NCBI RefSeq assembly: GCF_964194025.1
Contig: NC_134476.1
Coordinates: forward strand, 19,034,001-19,098,000
Length of the DNA stretch: 64,000 nt
Source of the DNA: Convolutriloba macropyga
Taxonomy: Eukaryota
Direction: 5' to 3'
The translations under genes and the position numbers were made by a program. The notes under the pieces were generated by a model. The model was not told the origin of the DNA. It was given only the letters and a program-made list of their open reading frames with translations, and did not search any database. This document shows, one piece after another, positions 49,600 to 62,200 of this stretch. The first letter of the stretch is position 1. Each line of letters begins with the position of its first letter.

Positions 49600-49896
49600 A
49601 AAATTTTGGCAAGTTCCCATTTTCTTCCCGCTTTTTTTCTAACATTTCCCACCGGGAAATTCAAGTGGGAAATTTTTGGGATATGCAAGATTAAGTAAGT
49701 ATAGGCAAGTTCTCGGTTTTTCCCAATGGGAAAAGTGGGGAACACAATTTTCCCATTGGGATTTCCGGGAAAATTAAAATTCCCCACTGGGAAAATCGGG
49801 GAATTTGCAAGTATCTCACCGGGATCGCCGGGACTTAGGCAATTTCCCACTAGGATTTTCGGGATTTAGTAAGTTTCCTACCGGGATTTACAGGGG
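49600..49896. repeat. Cluster of short ttccc-nnn-gggaa/gggatt dyad motifs, probably a DNA-transposon terminus
   Basis: ttcccaccgggaaa, ttcccaatgggaaa, ttcccattgggatt, ccccactgggaaa and ttcccactaggatt all occur within 300 bp directly before the satellite. Confidence 0.55.
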
Positions 49897-49899
49897 TTT

Positions 49900-51213
49900 G
49901 GCTAAAAAGCGCAAAAAAATTTTCTGAATACGGCTGGTTATTCCTGCATAGTATGTCACTTAAACATGCATTGGAACTTAGCAAAAAAGCTCAAAAAAGC
50001 GTAAATTATCCCAAAATTCCCCCAAAAACAAAGAACAATTACTCCCGAGGAAACTTCGATACCTGAAAACATGCTTAAAATGACGCACGTGAGGAGTAAA
50101 AATCAAAAATGTGAAAAATAAATAAAAGGGCTCTTGGTTCTGGGAGATATTGATCCCAGAACAAGAGTAATCTGTTAGAAACTTTCGTTTCTAACAGATA
50201 TTAAATTTTTTTTTTGAAATAAAAGTGTTAAAAAAAACTTCTACACTTGCCCACATGTCTGGTTGTTACCGCAAAGTATGTCATGTAAACAAGGATTGCT
50301 CAGGCACAACGTATTCACACTTCTGCCTCAAACACTTAGCCAAAAAAGCTTTAAAAAAAGCAAATTATCCCGAAATTCCCCCAAAAACAAACAGAAAACC
50401 TCCCCTGGAAACCTCGAAACCTGTAAACATGCTTAAATTGACGCACGTGAGGAGTTAAAAAACAGAATTGTCAAAAAAATAAAAGGGCTCTTGGCTCTGG
50501 GAGATATTACTCCCAGAACCAAGAGTAGTCTGTTAGAAACTTTCGTTTCTAACAGACATTCAAATTTTTTTTCAAGTAAAACTGCAAAAAAACTTTTTGA
50601 ACACGGCTGGTTGTTCCTGCATAGTATGTCACTGAAACATGCATTGCTCAGGTACAACACATTCACACTTCTGCATCAAACACTTAGCAAAAAAAGCTTT
50701 AAAAAAAGCAAATTATCCCGAAATTTCCCCAAAAACAAACAAAAAACCTCCCCTGGAAACTTCGAAACCTGTAAACATGCTTAAATTGACGCACGTGAGG
50801 AGTTAAAAAACAGAAATGTCAAAAAAATAAAAGGGCTCTTGGCTCTGGGAGATATTACTCCCAGAACCAAGAGTAGTCTGTTAGAAACTTTCGTTTCTAA
50901 CAGACATTCAAATTTTTTTTCAAGTAAAACTGCAAAAAAACTTTTTGAACACGGCTGGTTGTTCCTGCATAGTATGTCACTGAAACATGCATTGCTCAGG
51001 TACAACACATTCACACTTCTGCATCAAACACTTAGCAAAAAAAAGCTTTAAAAAAAGCAAATTATCCCGAAATTTCCCCAAAAACAAACAAAAAACCTCC
51101 CCTGGAAACTTCGAAACCTGTAACAGATATTCAATTTTTTTTCAAGTAAAACTGCAAAAAAACCTTTTGAACACGGCTGGCTATTCCTGCATAGTATGTC
51201 ACTGAAACATGCA
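49900..51213 (+). repeat. ~355-bp satellite, diverged left edge of the array
   Basis: About 4 units of the same monomer as 53220-64000. The first units are the most diverged and the last has an internal deletion of about 125 bp. Confidence 0.95.
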
Positions 51214-52630
51214 TAGCTATAGCAAAAATTCTTTTTGTTTTAGACTCTACATACACTGGAGATACTCCATATCGAGTTTGGTTCCATTTGGACAACTCCT
51301 TGACCCGATCAAAAAGCCATATTTTTAAAATTATTTATTTGAAATAATTGCAAATTTCCGTATGAAAAGCTAACTTTTTTTCTAGGCAAGCAATAGCATA
51401 AATTCTTTTTGTTTTACCTTCTAGGTACACATGGGATACTCCATGCCGAGTTCGGTTTGATTTGAACAACTCCTTGAACCGATCAAAAAGACCTATTTTT
51501 AAAATTATAATCGCAAAATTATTCGAAATAATAGCAAATTTCCGTATGAAAAACTAACTTTTTCCCAGGCAATCTATAGCAAAAATTCTTTTTGTTTTAG
51601 ACTCTACATACACTGGAGATACTCCATATCGAGTTTGGTTCCATTTGGACAACTCCTTGACCCGATAAAAAAGCCATATTTTTAAAATTATTTATTTGAA
51701 ATAATTGCAAATTTCCGTATGAAAAACTAACTTTTTTCCTAGGCAAGCTATAGCATAAATTCTTTTTGTTTTACACTCTAGGTACACATGGGATACTCCA
51801 TGCCGAGTTTGGTTTGATTTGAACAACTCCTTGACCCGATCAAAAAGACCTATTTTTAAAATTATAATCGCAAAATTATTCGAAATAATAGCAAATTTCC
51901 GTATGAAAAACTAACTATTTTCCTAGGCAATCTATAGCAAAAATTCTTTTTGTTTTAGAGTCTAAATACACTGGAGATACTCCATACCGAGTTTGGTTCC
52001 ATTTGTACAACTCCTTGACCCGATCAAAAAGCCATATTTTGAAAATTATTTATTTGAAATAATTGCAAATTTCCGTATGAAAAACTAACTTTTTTCTCAG
52101 GCAAGCTATAGCAAAAATTCTTTTTGTTTTAGACTCTACATACACTGGAGATACTCCATACCGAGTTTGGTTCCGTTTGGACAACTCCTTGACCCGATCA
52201 AAAAGCCATATTTTTAAAATTATTTATTTGAAATAATTGCAAATTTCCGTATGAAAAACTAACTTTTTTCCTAGGCAAGCTATAGCAAAAATTCTTTCTG
52301 TTTTACACTCTAGATACACATGTGATACTCCATTGGCCGCACTGAGCAGACTTTCTCCAGACCATTGGCCAGACCGAACAGAACCATGGCCAGGCCGTTG
52401 TCCAGACCAACGGCCAGACCGTTGTTCAGACCGTGGGCCAGACCAAACAGACCTCTTAAGAGAGCCCAAAAAACCGACCGCACGTAAACTACGTCCCCAA
52501 CATGAGGTGCACAAAATCCCAGCGGGGGGGAACCGACTAACCGGCGTCTCAACGGGGCAGGGGGGGGTGGTGCACCTCATGCGGGCCCGAGGCCCTCACC
52601 TTAGAATAATAGTATTATATAAATATAAAA
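51214..52630 (+). mobile_element. Helentron/HINE-like insertion with a ~178-bp core tandem repeat, CAGAC-rich short repeats and a 3' IR/hairpin
   Basis: About 6.3 copies of a 174/183-bp unit (51214-52332; gatactccatatcgagtttggttcc), then ccagacc-rich repeats (52355-52455), a 12-bp IR catgaggtgcac/gtgcacctcatg (52501-52512 and 52570-52581), the hairpin gggcc-cga-ggccc (52583-52595) and an AT-rich tail. The tandem repeat is directly visible; the Helentron assignment rests on architecture only. Confidence 0.6.
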
Positions 52631-53219
52631 AAAAACAATTTCACATAATGATTTACCATTTTGTGACACGAACTCTGTAACTGGAAGGAGGAGAACGTAC
52701 TGGCGGGATTGAGGGAGGCCAAAGGTCTGTCTTACTGTAATCCCCGTAAAGTCACAGGGTCAGTTCTCCTGTTTCAACAGGTCAAAATGGTGGTATCTTT
52801 AATAGTCAATATTTCAAAACTGGCCGAACTAAAAACAAACAAACTGGGACCAACAACAGTACTCCTTAAGATACGCGTTATGTCAAAAAATCAACCAAAT
52901 CGGTCCATTCTACGAGGAGATATTGCAAAATTGAGGTACCGTACCAATCTCGTCAGAAACGAGGAGAGGTGACTTGCAGACCAAAAATTGACCATCTAAA
53001 CTACGGAAAACGCCCTAGAAAACATATATGGGGAGAATCCTCATTATCAGTGGAGTCTAAAGAACTAAAACTTGGGGCTAAATTCGTCTTTTTTGTTGGT
53101 CTAACATGGACATACACGAAATGTACCGGACACGAATTGGTCAAAATGGGGGTATGTGTCCTGGCCAATTTCTCGAAAACGGCTGAAAAAAACAAAACGC
53201 CATTTACAGGGATCCAAGT

Positions 53220-56200
53220 AAGAAACTTTCGTTTCTAACAGACATTCATTTTTTTTTTCAAGTAAAACTGCAAAAAAACTTTTTGAACACGGCTGGTTGT
53301 TCCTGCATAGTATGTCACTGAAACATGCATTGCTCAGGTACAACACATTCACACTTCTGCATCAAACACTTAGCAAAAAAAGCTTTAAAAAAAGCAAATT
53401 ATCCCGAAATTTCCCCAAAAACAAACAAAAAACCTCCCCTGGAAACTTCGAAACCTGTAACAGATATTCAATTTTTTTTCAAGTAAAACTGCAAAAAAAC
53501 CTTTTGAACACGGCTGGCTATTCCTGCATAGTATGTCACTGAAACATGCATTGCTCAGGTACAACACATTTACACTTCTGCATCAAACACTTATAAAAAA
53601 GAATTAAAAAAGAGAAAATTATCCCGAAATTCCCCCAAAAACAAACAAAAAAACCTCCCCTGAAAAGATTGAAACATAAAAACATGCTTAAATTGACGCA
53701 CGTGAGGAGTAAAAAACAAAAATGTTAAAAAAAATAAAAGGGCTCTTGGCTCTGGGAGATATTACTCCCAGAACCAAGAGTAATCTGTTAGAAACTTTCG
53801 TTTCTAACAGATATTAAAATTTTTTTTTTTGAAATAAAAGTGTTACAAAAAACTTCTACACTTGCCCACATGTCTGGTTATTACCACATAGTATGTCATG
53901 TAAACATGCATTGCTCAGGCCGAACGTATTCACACTTCTGCCTCAAACACTTAGCCAAAAAAGCTTAAAAACAAGCAAATTATCCCGAAATTCCCCCAAA
54001 AACAAACGAAAAATCCTCCCCTGGAAACTTCGAAACCCGAAAACATGCTTAAAATGACGCACGTGAGGAGTAGAAAACAGAAATGTCGAAAAAAATAAAA
54101 GGGCTCTTGGCTCTGGAAGATATTACTCCCAGAACCAAGAGTAATCTGTTAGAAACTTTCGTTTCTAACAGATATTCAATTTTTTTTCAAGTAAAACTGC
54201 AAAAAAAACCTTTTGAACACGGCTGGCTATTCCTGCATAGTATGTCACTGAAACATGCATTGCTCAGGTACAACACATTTACACTTCTGCATCAAACACT
54301 TATAAAAAAGAATTAAAAAAGAGAAAATTATCCCGAAATTCCCCCAAAAACAAACAAAAAAACCTCCCCTGAAAACTTCGAAACATAAAAACATGCTTAA
54401 ATTGACGCACGTGAGGAGTAAAAAACAAAAATGTTAAAAAAAAATAAAAGGGCTCTTGGCTCTGGGAGATATTACTCCCAGAACCAAGAGTAATCTGTTA
54501 GAAACTTTCGTTTCTAACAGATATTAAAATTTTTGTTTTGAAATAAAAGTGTTACAAAAAACTTCTACACTTGCCCACATGTCTGGTTATTACCACATAG
54601 TATGTCATGTAAACATGCATTGCTCAGGCCGAACGTATTCACACTTCTGCCTCAAACACTTAGCCAAAAAAGCTTAAAAACAAGCAAATTATCCCGAAAT
54701 TCCCCCAAAAACAAACGAAAAATCCTCCCCTGGAAACTTCGAAACCCGAAAACATGCTTAAAATGACGCACGTGAGGAGTAGAAAACAGAAATGTCAAAA
54801 AAAATAAAAGGGCTCTTGGCTCTGGAAGATATTACTCCCAGAACCAAGAGTAATCTGTTAGAAACTTTCGTTTCTAACAGATATTCAATTTTTTTTCAAG
54901 TAAAACTGCAAAAAAAACCTTTTGAACACGGCTGGCTATTCCTGCATAGTATGTCACTGAAACATTCATTGCTCAGGTACAACACATTTACACTTCTGCA
55001 TCAAACACTTATAAAAAAGAATTAAAAAAAAAGAAAATTATCCCGAAATTCCCCCAAAAACAAACAAAAAAACCTCCCCTGGAAACTTTGAAACCTGAAA
55101 ACATGCTTAAACTGACGCACGTGAGGAGTAAAAAACAAAAATGTCAAAAAAAATAAAAGGGCTCTTGGCTCTGGGAGATATTACTCCCAGAACCAAGAGT
55201 AATCTGTTAGAAACTTTCGTTTCTAACAGATATTCAATTTTTTTTCAAGTAAAACTGCAAAAAAAACCTTTTGAACACGGCTGGCTATTCCTGCATAGTA
55301 TGTCACTGAAACATTCATTGCTCAGGTACAACACATTTACACTTCTGCATCAAACACTTATAAAAAAGAATTAAAAAAAAAAGAAAATTATCCCGAAATT
55401 CCCCCAAAAACAAACAAAAAAACCTCCCCTGGAAACTTTGAAACCTGAAAACATGCTTAAACTGACGCACGTGAGGAGTAAAAAACAAAAATGTCAAAAA
55501 AAAATAAAAGGGCTCTTGGCTCTGGGAGATATTACTCCCAGAACCAAGAGTAATCTGTTAGAAACTTTCGTTTCTAACAGATATTAAAATTTTTTTTTGA
55601 AATAAAAGTGTTAAAAAAACTTCTACACTTGCCCACATGTCTGGTTATTACCTCATAGTATGACATGTAAACATGCATTGCTCAGGCACAACGTATTCAC
55701 ACTTCTGCCTCAAACACTTATAAAAAAGTATAAAAAAAAAAGAAATTTATCCCGAAATTCCCACAAAAACAAACAAAAAAACCTCCCCTGGAAACTTTGA
55801 AACCTGAAAACATGCTTAAATTGACGCACGTGAGGAGTATAAAACAAAAATGTCAAAAAAAAATAAAAGGGCTCTTGGCTCTGGGAGATATTACTCCCAG
55901 AACCAAGAGTAATCTGTTAGAAACTTTCGTTTCTAACAGATATTAAAATTTTTCTTTGAAATAAAAGTGTTAAAAAAAACTTCTACACTTGCCCACATGT
56001 CTGGTTATTACCACATAGTATGACATGTAAACTTGCATTGCTCAGGCACAACGTATTCACACTTCTGCCTCAAACACTTATAAAAAAGAATTAAAAAAAA
56101 AAAGAAAATTATCGCGAAATTCCCCCAAAAACAAACAAAAAAACCTCCCCTGGAAACTTTGAAACCTGAAAACATGCTTAAATTGACGCACGTGAGGAGT

Positions 56201-59200
56201 AAAAAACAAAAATGTCAAAAAAAAATAAAAGGGCTCTTGGCTCTGGGAGATATTACTCCCAGAACCAAGAGTAATCTGTTAGAAACTTTCGTTTCTAACA
56301 GATATTAAAATTTTTTTTTTGAAATAAAAGTGTTAAAAAAACTTCTACACTTGCCCACATGTCTGGTTATTACCTCATAGTATGACATGTAAACATGCAT
56401 TGCTCAGGCACAACGTATTCACACTTCTGCCTCAAACACTTATAAAAAAGTATAAAAAAAAAGAAAATTATCCCGAAATTCCCCCCAAAAAAAACAAAAA
56501 AACCTCCCCTGGAAACTTTGAAACCTGAAAACATGCTTAAATTGACGCACGCGAGGAGTAAAAAACAAAAATGTCAAAAAAAAACATAAAAGGGCTCTTG
56601 GCTCTGGGAGATATTACTCCCAGAACCAAGAGTAATCTGTTAGAAACTTTCGTTTCTAACAGATATTCAATTTTTTTTCAAGTAAAACTGCAAAAAAACC
56701 TTTTGAACACGGCTGGCTATTCCTGCATAGTATGTCACTGAAACATGCATTGCTCAGGTACAACACATTTACACTTCTGCACCAAACACTTATAAAAAAG
56801 AATTTAAAAAAAGAAAATTATCCCGAAATTCCCCCAAAAACAAACAAAAAAACCTCCCCTGGAAACTTTGAAACCTGAAAACATGCTTAAATTGACGCAC
56901 GTGAGGAGTAAAAAAACAAAAATGTCAAAAAAAAATAAAAGGGCTCTTGGCTCTGGGAGATATTGCTCCCAGAACCAAGAGTAATCTGTTAGAAACTTTC
57001 GTTTCTAACAGATATTAAAATTTTTTTTTGAAATAAAAGTGTTAAAAAAAACTTCTACACTTGCCCACATGTCTGGTTATTACCACATAGTATGACATGT
57101 AAACATGCATTGCTCAGGCACAACGTATTCACACTTCTGCCTCAAACACTTATAAAAAAGAATTAAAAAAAAGAAAATTATCCCGAAATTCCCCCAAAAA
57201 CAAACAAAAAACCTCCCCTGGAAACTTTGAAACCTGAAAACATGCTTAAATTGACGCACGTGAGGAGTAAAAAACAAAAATGTCAAAAAAAAAATAAAAG
57301 GGCTCTTGGCTCTGGGAGATATTACTCCCAGAACCAAGAGTAATCTGTTAGAAACTTTCGTTTCTAACAGATATTAAAATTTTTTTTGAAATAAAAGTGT
57401 TAAAAAAAACTTCTACACTTGCCCACATGTCTGGTTATTACCACATAGTATGACATGTAAACATGCATTGCTCAGGCACAACGTATTCACACTTCTGCCT
57501 CAAACACTTATAAAAAAGAATTAAAAAAAAAGAAAATTATCCCGAAATTCCCCCAAAAACAAACGAAAAATCCTCCACTGGAAACTTCGAAACCCGAAAA
57601 CATGCTTAAATTGACGCACGTGAGGAGTAAAAAACAAAAGTGTCAAAAAAAATAAAAGGGCTCTTGGCTCTGGGAGATATTGCTCCCAGAACCAAGAGTA
57701 ATCTGTTAGAAACTTTCGTTTCTAACAGATATTAAAAATTTTTTTTTGAAATAAAAGTGTTAAAAAAAACTTCTACACTTGCCCACATGTCTGGTTATTA
57801 CCACATAGTATGACATGTAAACATGCATTGCTCAGGCACAACGTATTCACACTTCTGCCTCAAACACTTATAAAAAAGAATTAAAAAAAAAGAAAATTAT
57901 CCCGAAATTCCCCCAAAAACAAACAAAAAAACCTCCCCTGGAAACTTTGAAACCTGAAAACATGCTTAAATTGACGCACGTGAGGAGTAAAAAACAAAAA
58001 TGTCAAAAAAAATAAAAGGGCTCTTGGCTCTGGGAGATATTACTCCCAGAACCAAGAGCAATCTGTTAGAAACTTTCGTTTCTAACAGATATTAAAATTT
58101 TTTTTGAAATAAAAGTGTTAAAAAAAACTTCTACACTTGCCCACATGTCTGGTTATTACCACATAGTATGAAATGTAAACATGCATTGCTCAGGCACAAC
58201 GTATTCACACTTCTGCCTCAAACACTTATAAAAAAGAATTAAAAAAAAGAAAATTATCCCGAAATTCCCCCAAAAACAAACAAAAAAACCTCCCCTGGAA
58301 ACTTTGAAACCTGAAAACAAGCTTAAATTGACGCACGTGAGGAGTAAAAAACAAAAATGTCAAAAAAAATAAAAGGGCTCTTGGCTCTGGGAGATATTAC
58401 TCCCAGAACCAAGAGTAATCTGTTAGAAACTTTCGTTTCTAACAGATATTAAAATTTTTTTTGAAATAAAAGTGTTAAAAAAAAACTTCTACACTTGCCC
58501 ACATGTCTGGTTATTACCACATAGTTTGACATGTAAACATGCATTGCTCAGGCACAACGTATTCACACTTCTGCCTCAAACACTTATAAAAAGAATTAAA
58601 AAAAAAAAGAAAATTATCCCGAAATTCCCCCAAAAACAAACGAAAAATCCTCCCCTGGAAACTTCGAAACCCGAAAACATGCTTAAATTGACGCACGTGA
58701 GGAGTAAAAAACAAAAATGTCAAAAAAAAATAAAAGGGCTCTTGGCTCTGGGAGATATTGCTCCCAGAACCAAGAGTAATCTGTTAGAAACTTTCGTTTC
58801 TAACAGATACTAAAATTTTTTTTGAAATAAAAGTGTTAAAAAAAACTTCTACACTTGCCCACATGTCTGGTTATTACCACATAGTATGACATGTAAACAT
58901 GCATTGCTCAGGCACAACGTATTCACACTTCTGCCTCAAACACTTATAAAAAAGAATTAAAAAAAAGAAAATTATCCCGAAATTCCCCCAAAAACAAACA
59001 AAAAAACCTCCCCTGGAAACTTTGAAACCTGAAAACATGCTTAAATTGACGCACGTGAGGAGTAAAAAACAAAAATGTCAAAAAAAAATAAAAGGGCTCT
59101 TGGCTCTGGGAGATATTACTCCCAGAACCAAGAGTAATCTGTTAGAAACTTTCGTTTCTAACAGATATTAAATTTTTTTTTGAAGTAAAAGTGTTAAAAA

Positions 59201-62200
59201 AAACTTCTACACTTGCCCACATGTCTGGTTATTACCACATAGTATGACATGTAAACATGCATTGCTCAGGCACAACGTATTCACACTTCTGCCTCAAACA
59301 CTTATAAAAAAGAATTAAAAAAAAAAGAAAATTATCCCGAATTTCCCCCAAAAACAAACGAAAAATCCTCCCCTGGAAACTTCGAAACCCGAAAACATGC
59401 TTAAAATGACGCACGTGAGGAGTAGAAAACAGAAATGTCAAAAAAAAATAAAAGGGCTCTTGGCTCTGGGAGATAATGCTCCCAGAACCAAGAGTAATCT
59501 GTTAGAAACTTTCGTTTCTAACAGATATTCAATTTTTTTTTCAAGTAAAACTGCAAAAAAACCTTTTGAACACGGCTGGCTATTCCTGCATAGTATGTCA
59601 CTGAAACATGCATTGCTCAGGTACAACACATTTACAATTCTGCATCAAACACTTATAAAAAAGAGTTAAAAAAAAGAAAATTATCCCGAAATTCCCCCAA
59701 AAACAAACAAAAAAACCTCCCCTGGAAACTTTGAAACCTGAAAACATGCTTAAATTGACGCACGTGAGGAGTAAAAAACAAAAATGTAAAAAAAAAAAAA
59801 AGGGCTCTTGGCTCTGGGAGATATTACTCCCAGAACCAAGAGTAATCTGTTAGAAACTTTCGTTTCTAACAGATATTAAAATTTTTTTTTGAAATAAAAG
59901 TGTTAAAAAAAACTTCTACACTTGCCCACATGTCTGGTTATTACCACATAGTATGACATGTAAACATGCATTGCTCAGGCACAACGTATTCACACTTCTG
60001 CCTCAAACACTTATAAAAAAGAATTAAAAAAAAAGAAAATTATCCCGAAATTCCCCCAAAAACAAACGAAAAATCCTCCCCTGGAAACTTCGAAACCCGA
60101 AAACATGCTTAAAATGACGCACGTGAGGAGTAGAAAACAGAAATGTCAAAAAAAAATAAAAGGGCTCTTGGCTCTGGGAGATATTGCTCCCAGAACCAAG
60201 AGTAATCTGTTAGAAACTTTCGTTTCTAACAGATATTCAATTTTTTTTTCAAGTAAAACTGCAAAAAAACCTTTTGAACACGGCTGGCTATTCCTGCATA
60301 GTATGTCACTGAAACATGCATTGCTCAGGTACAACACATTTACACTTCTGCATCAAACACTTATAAAAAAGAGTTAAAAAAAAGAAAATTAACCCGAAAT
60401 TCCCCCAAAAACAAACAAAAAAACCTCCCCTGGAAACTTTGAAACCTGAAAACATGCTTAAATTGACGCACGTGAGGAGTAAAAAACAAAAATGTCAAAA
60501 AAAAATAAAAGGGCTCTTGGCTCTGGGAGATATTGCTCCCAAAACCAAGAGTAATCTGTTAGAAACTTCCGTTTCTAACAGATATTAAAATTTTTTTTTG
60601 AAATAAAAGTGTTAAAAAAAACTTCTACACTTGCCCACATGTCTGGTTATTACCACATAGTATGACATGTAAACATGCATTGCTCAGGCACAACGTATTC
60701 ACACTTCTGCCTCAAACACTTATTAAAAAAATTTAAAAAAAAGAAAATTATCCCGAAATTCCCCCAAAAACAAACAAAAAAACCTCCCCTGGAAACTTTG
60801 AAACCTGAAAACATGCTTAAATTGACGCACGTGAGGAGTAAAAAACAAAAATGTCAAAAAAAAATAAAAGGGCTCTTGGCTCTGGGAGATATTACTCCCA
60901 GAACCAAAAGTAATCTGTTAGAAACTTTCGTTTCTAACAGATATTAAAAATTTTTTTGAAATAAAAGTGTTAAAAAAACTTCTACACTTGCCCACATGTC
61001 TGGTTATTACCACATAGTATGACATGTAAACATGCATTGCTCAGGCACAACGTATTCACACTTCTGCCTCAAACACTTATAAAAAAGAATTAAAAAAAAA
61101 GAAAATTATCCCGAAATTCCCCCAAAAACAAACAAAAAAACCTCCCCTGGAAACTTTGAAACCTGAAAACATGCTTAAATTGACGCACGTGAGGAGTATA
61201 AAACAAAAATGTCAAAAAAAATAAAAGGGCTCTTGGCTCTGGGAGATATTACTCCCAGAACCAAGAGTAATCTGTTAGAAACTTTCGTTTCTAACAGATA
61301 TTCAATTTTTTTTTCAAGTAAAACTGCAAAAAAACCTTTTGAACACGGCTGGCTATTCCTGCATAGTATGTCACTGAACCATGCATTGCTCAGGCACAAC
61401 GTATTCACACTTCTGCCTCAAACACTTATAAAAAAGAATTAAAAAAAAAGAAAATTATCCCGAAATTCCCCCAAAAACAAACAAAAAAACCTCCCCTGGA
61501 AACTTTGAAACCTGAAAACATGCTTAAATTGACGCACGTGAGGAGTAAAAAACAGAAATGTCAAAAAAAAAAATAAAAGGGCTCTTGGCTCTGGGAGATA
61601 TTGCTCCCAGAACCAAGAGTAATCTGTTAGAAACTTTCGTTTCTAACAGATATTAAAATTTTTTTTTTGAAATAAAAGTGTTAAAAAAAACTTCTACACT
61701 TGCCCACATGTCTGGTTATTACCACATAGTATGACATGTAAACATGCATTGCTCAGGCACAACGTATTCACACTTCTGCCTCAAACACTTATAAAAAAAA
61801 ATTAAAAAAAATGAAAATTATCCGGAAATTCCCCCAAAAACAAACAAAAAAACCTCCCCTGGAAACTTTGAAACCTGAAAACATGCTTAAATTGACGCAC
61901 GTGAGGAGTAAAAAACAAAAATGTCAAAAAAATAAAAGGGCTCTTGGCTCTGGGAGATATTACACCCAGAACCAAGAGTAATCTGTTAGAAACTTTCGTT
62001 TCTAACAGATATTAAAAATTTTTTTGAAATAAAAATGTTAAAAAAAACTTCTACACTTGCCCACATGTCTGGTTATTACCACATAGTATGACATGTAAAC
62101 ATGCATTGCTCAGGCACAACGTATTCACACTTCTGCCTCAAACACTTATAAAAAAGAATTAAAAAAAAAAAGAAAATTATCCCGAAATTCCCCCAAAAAC

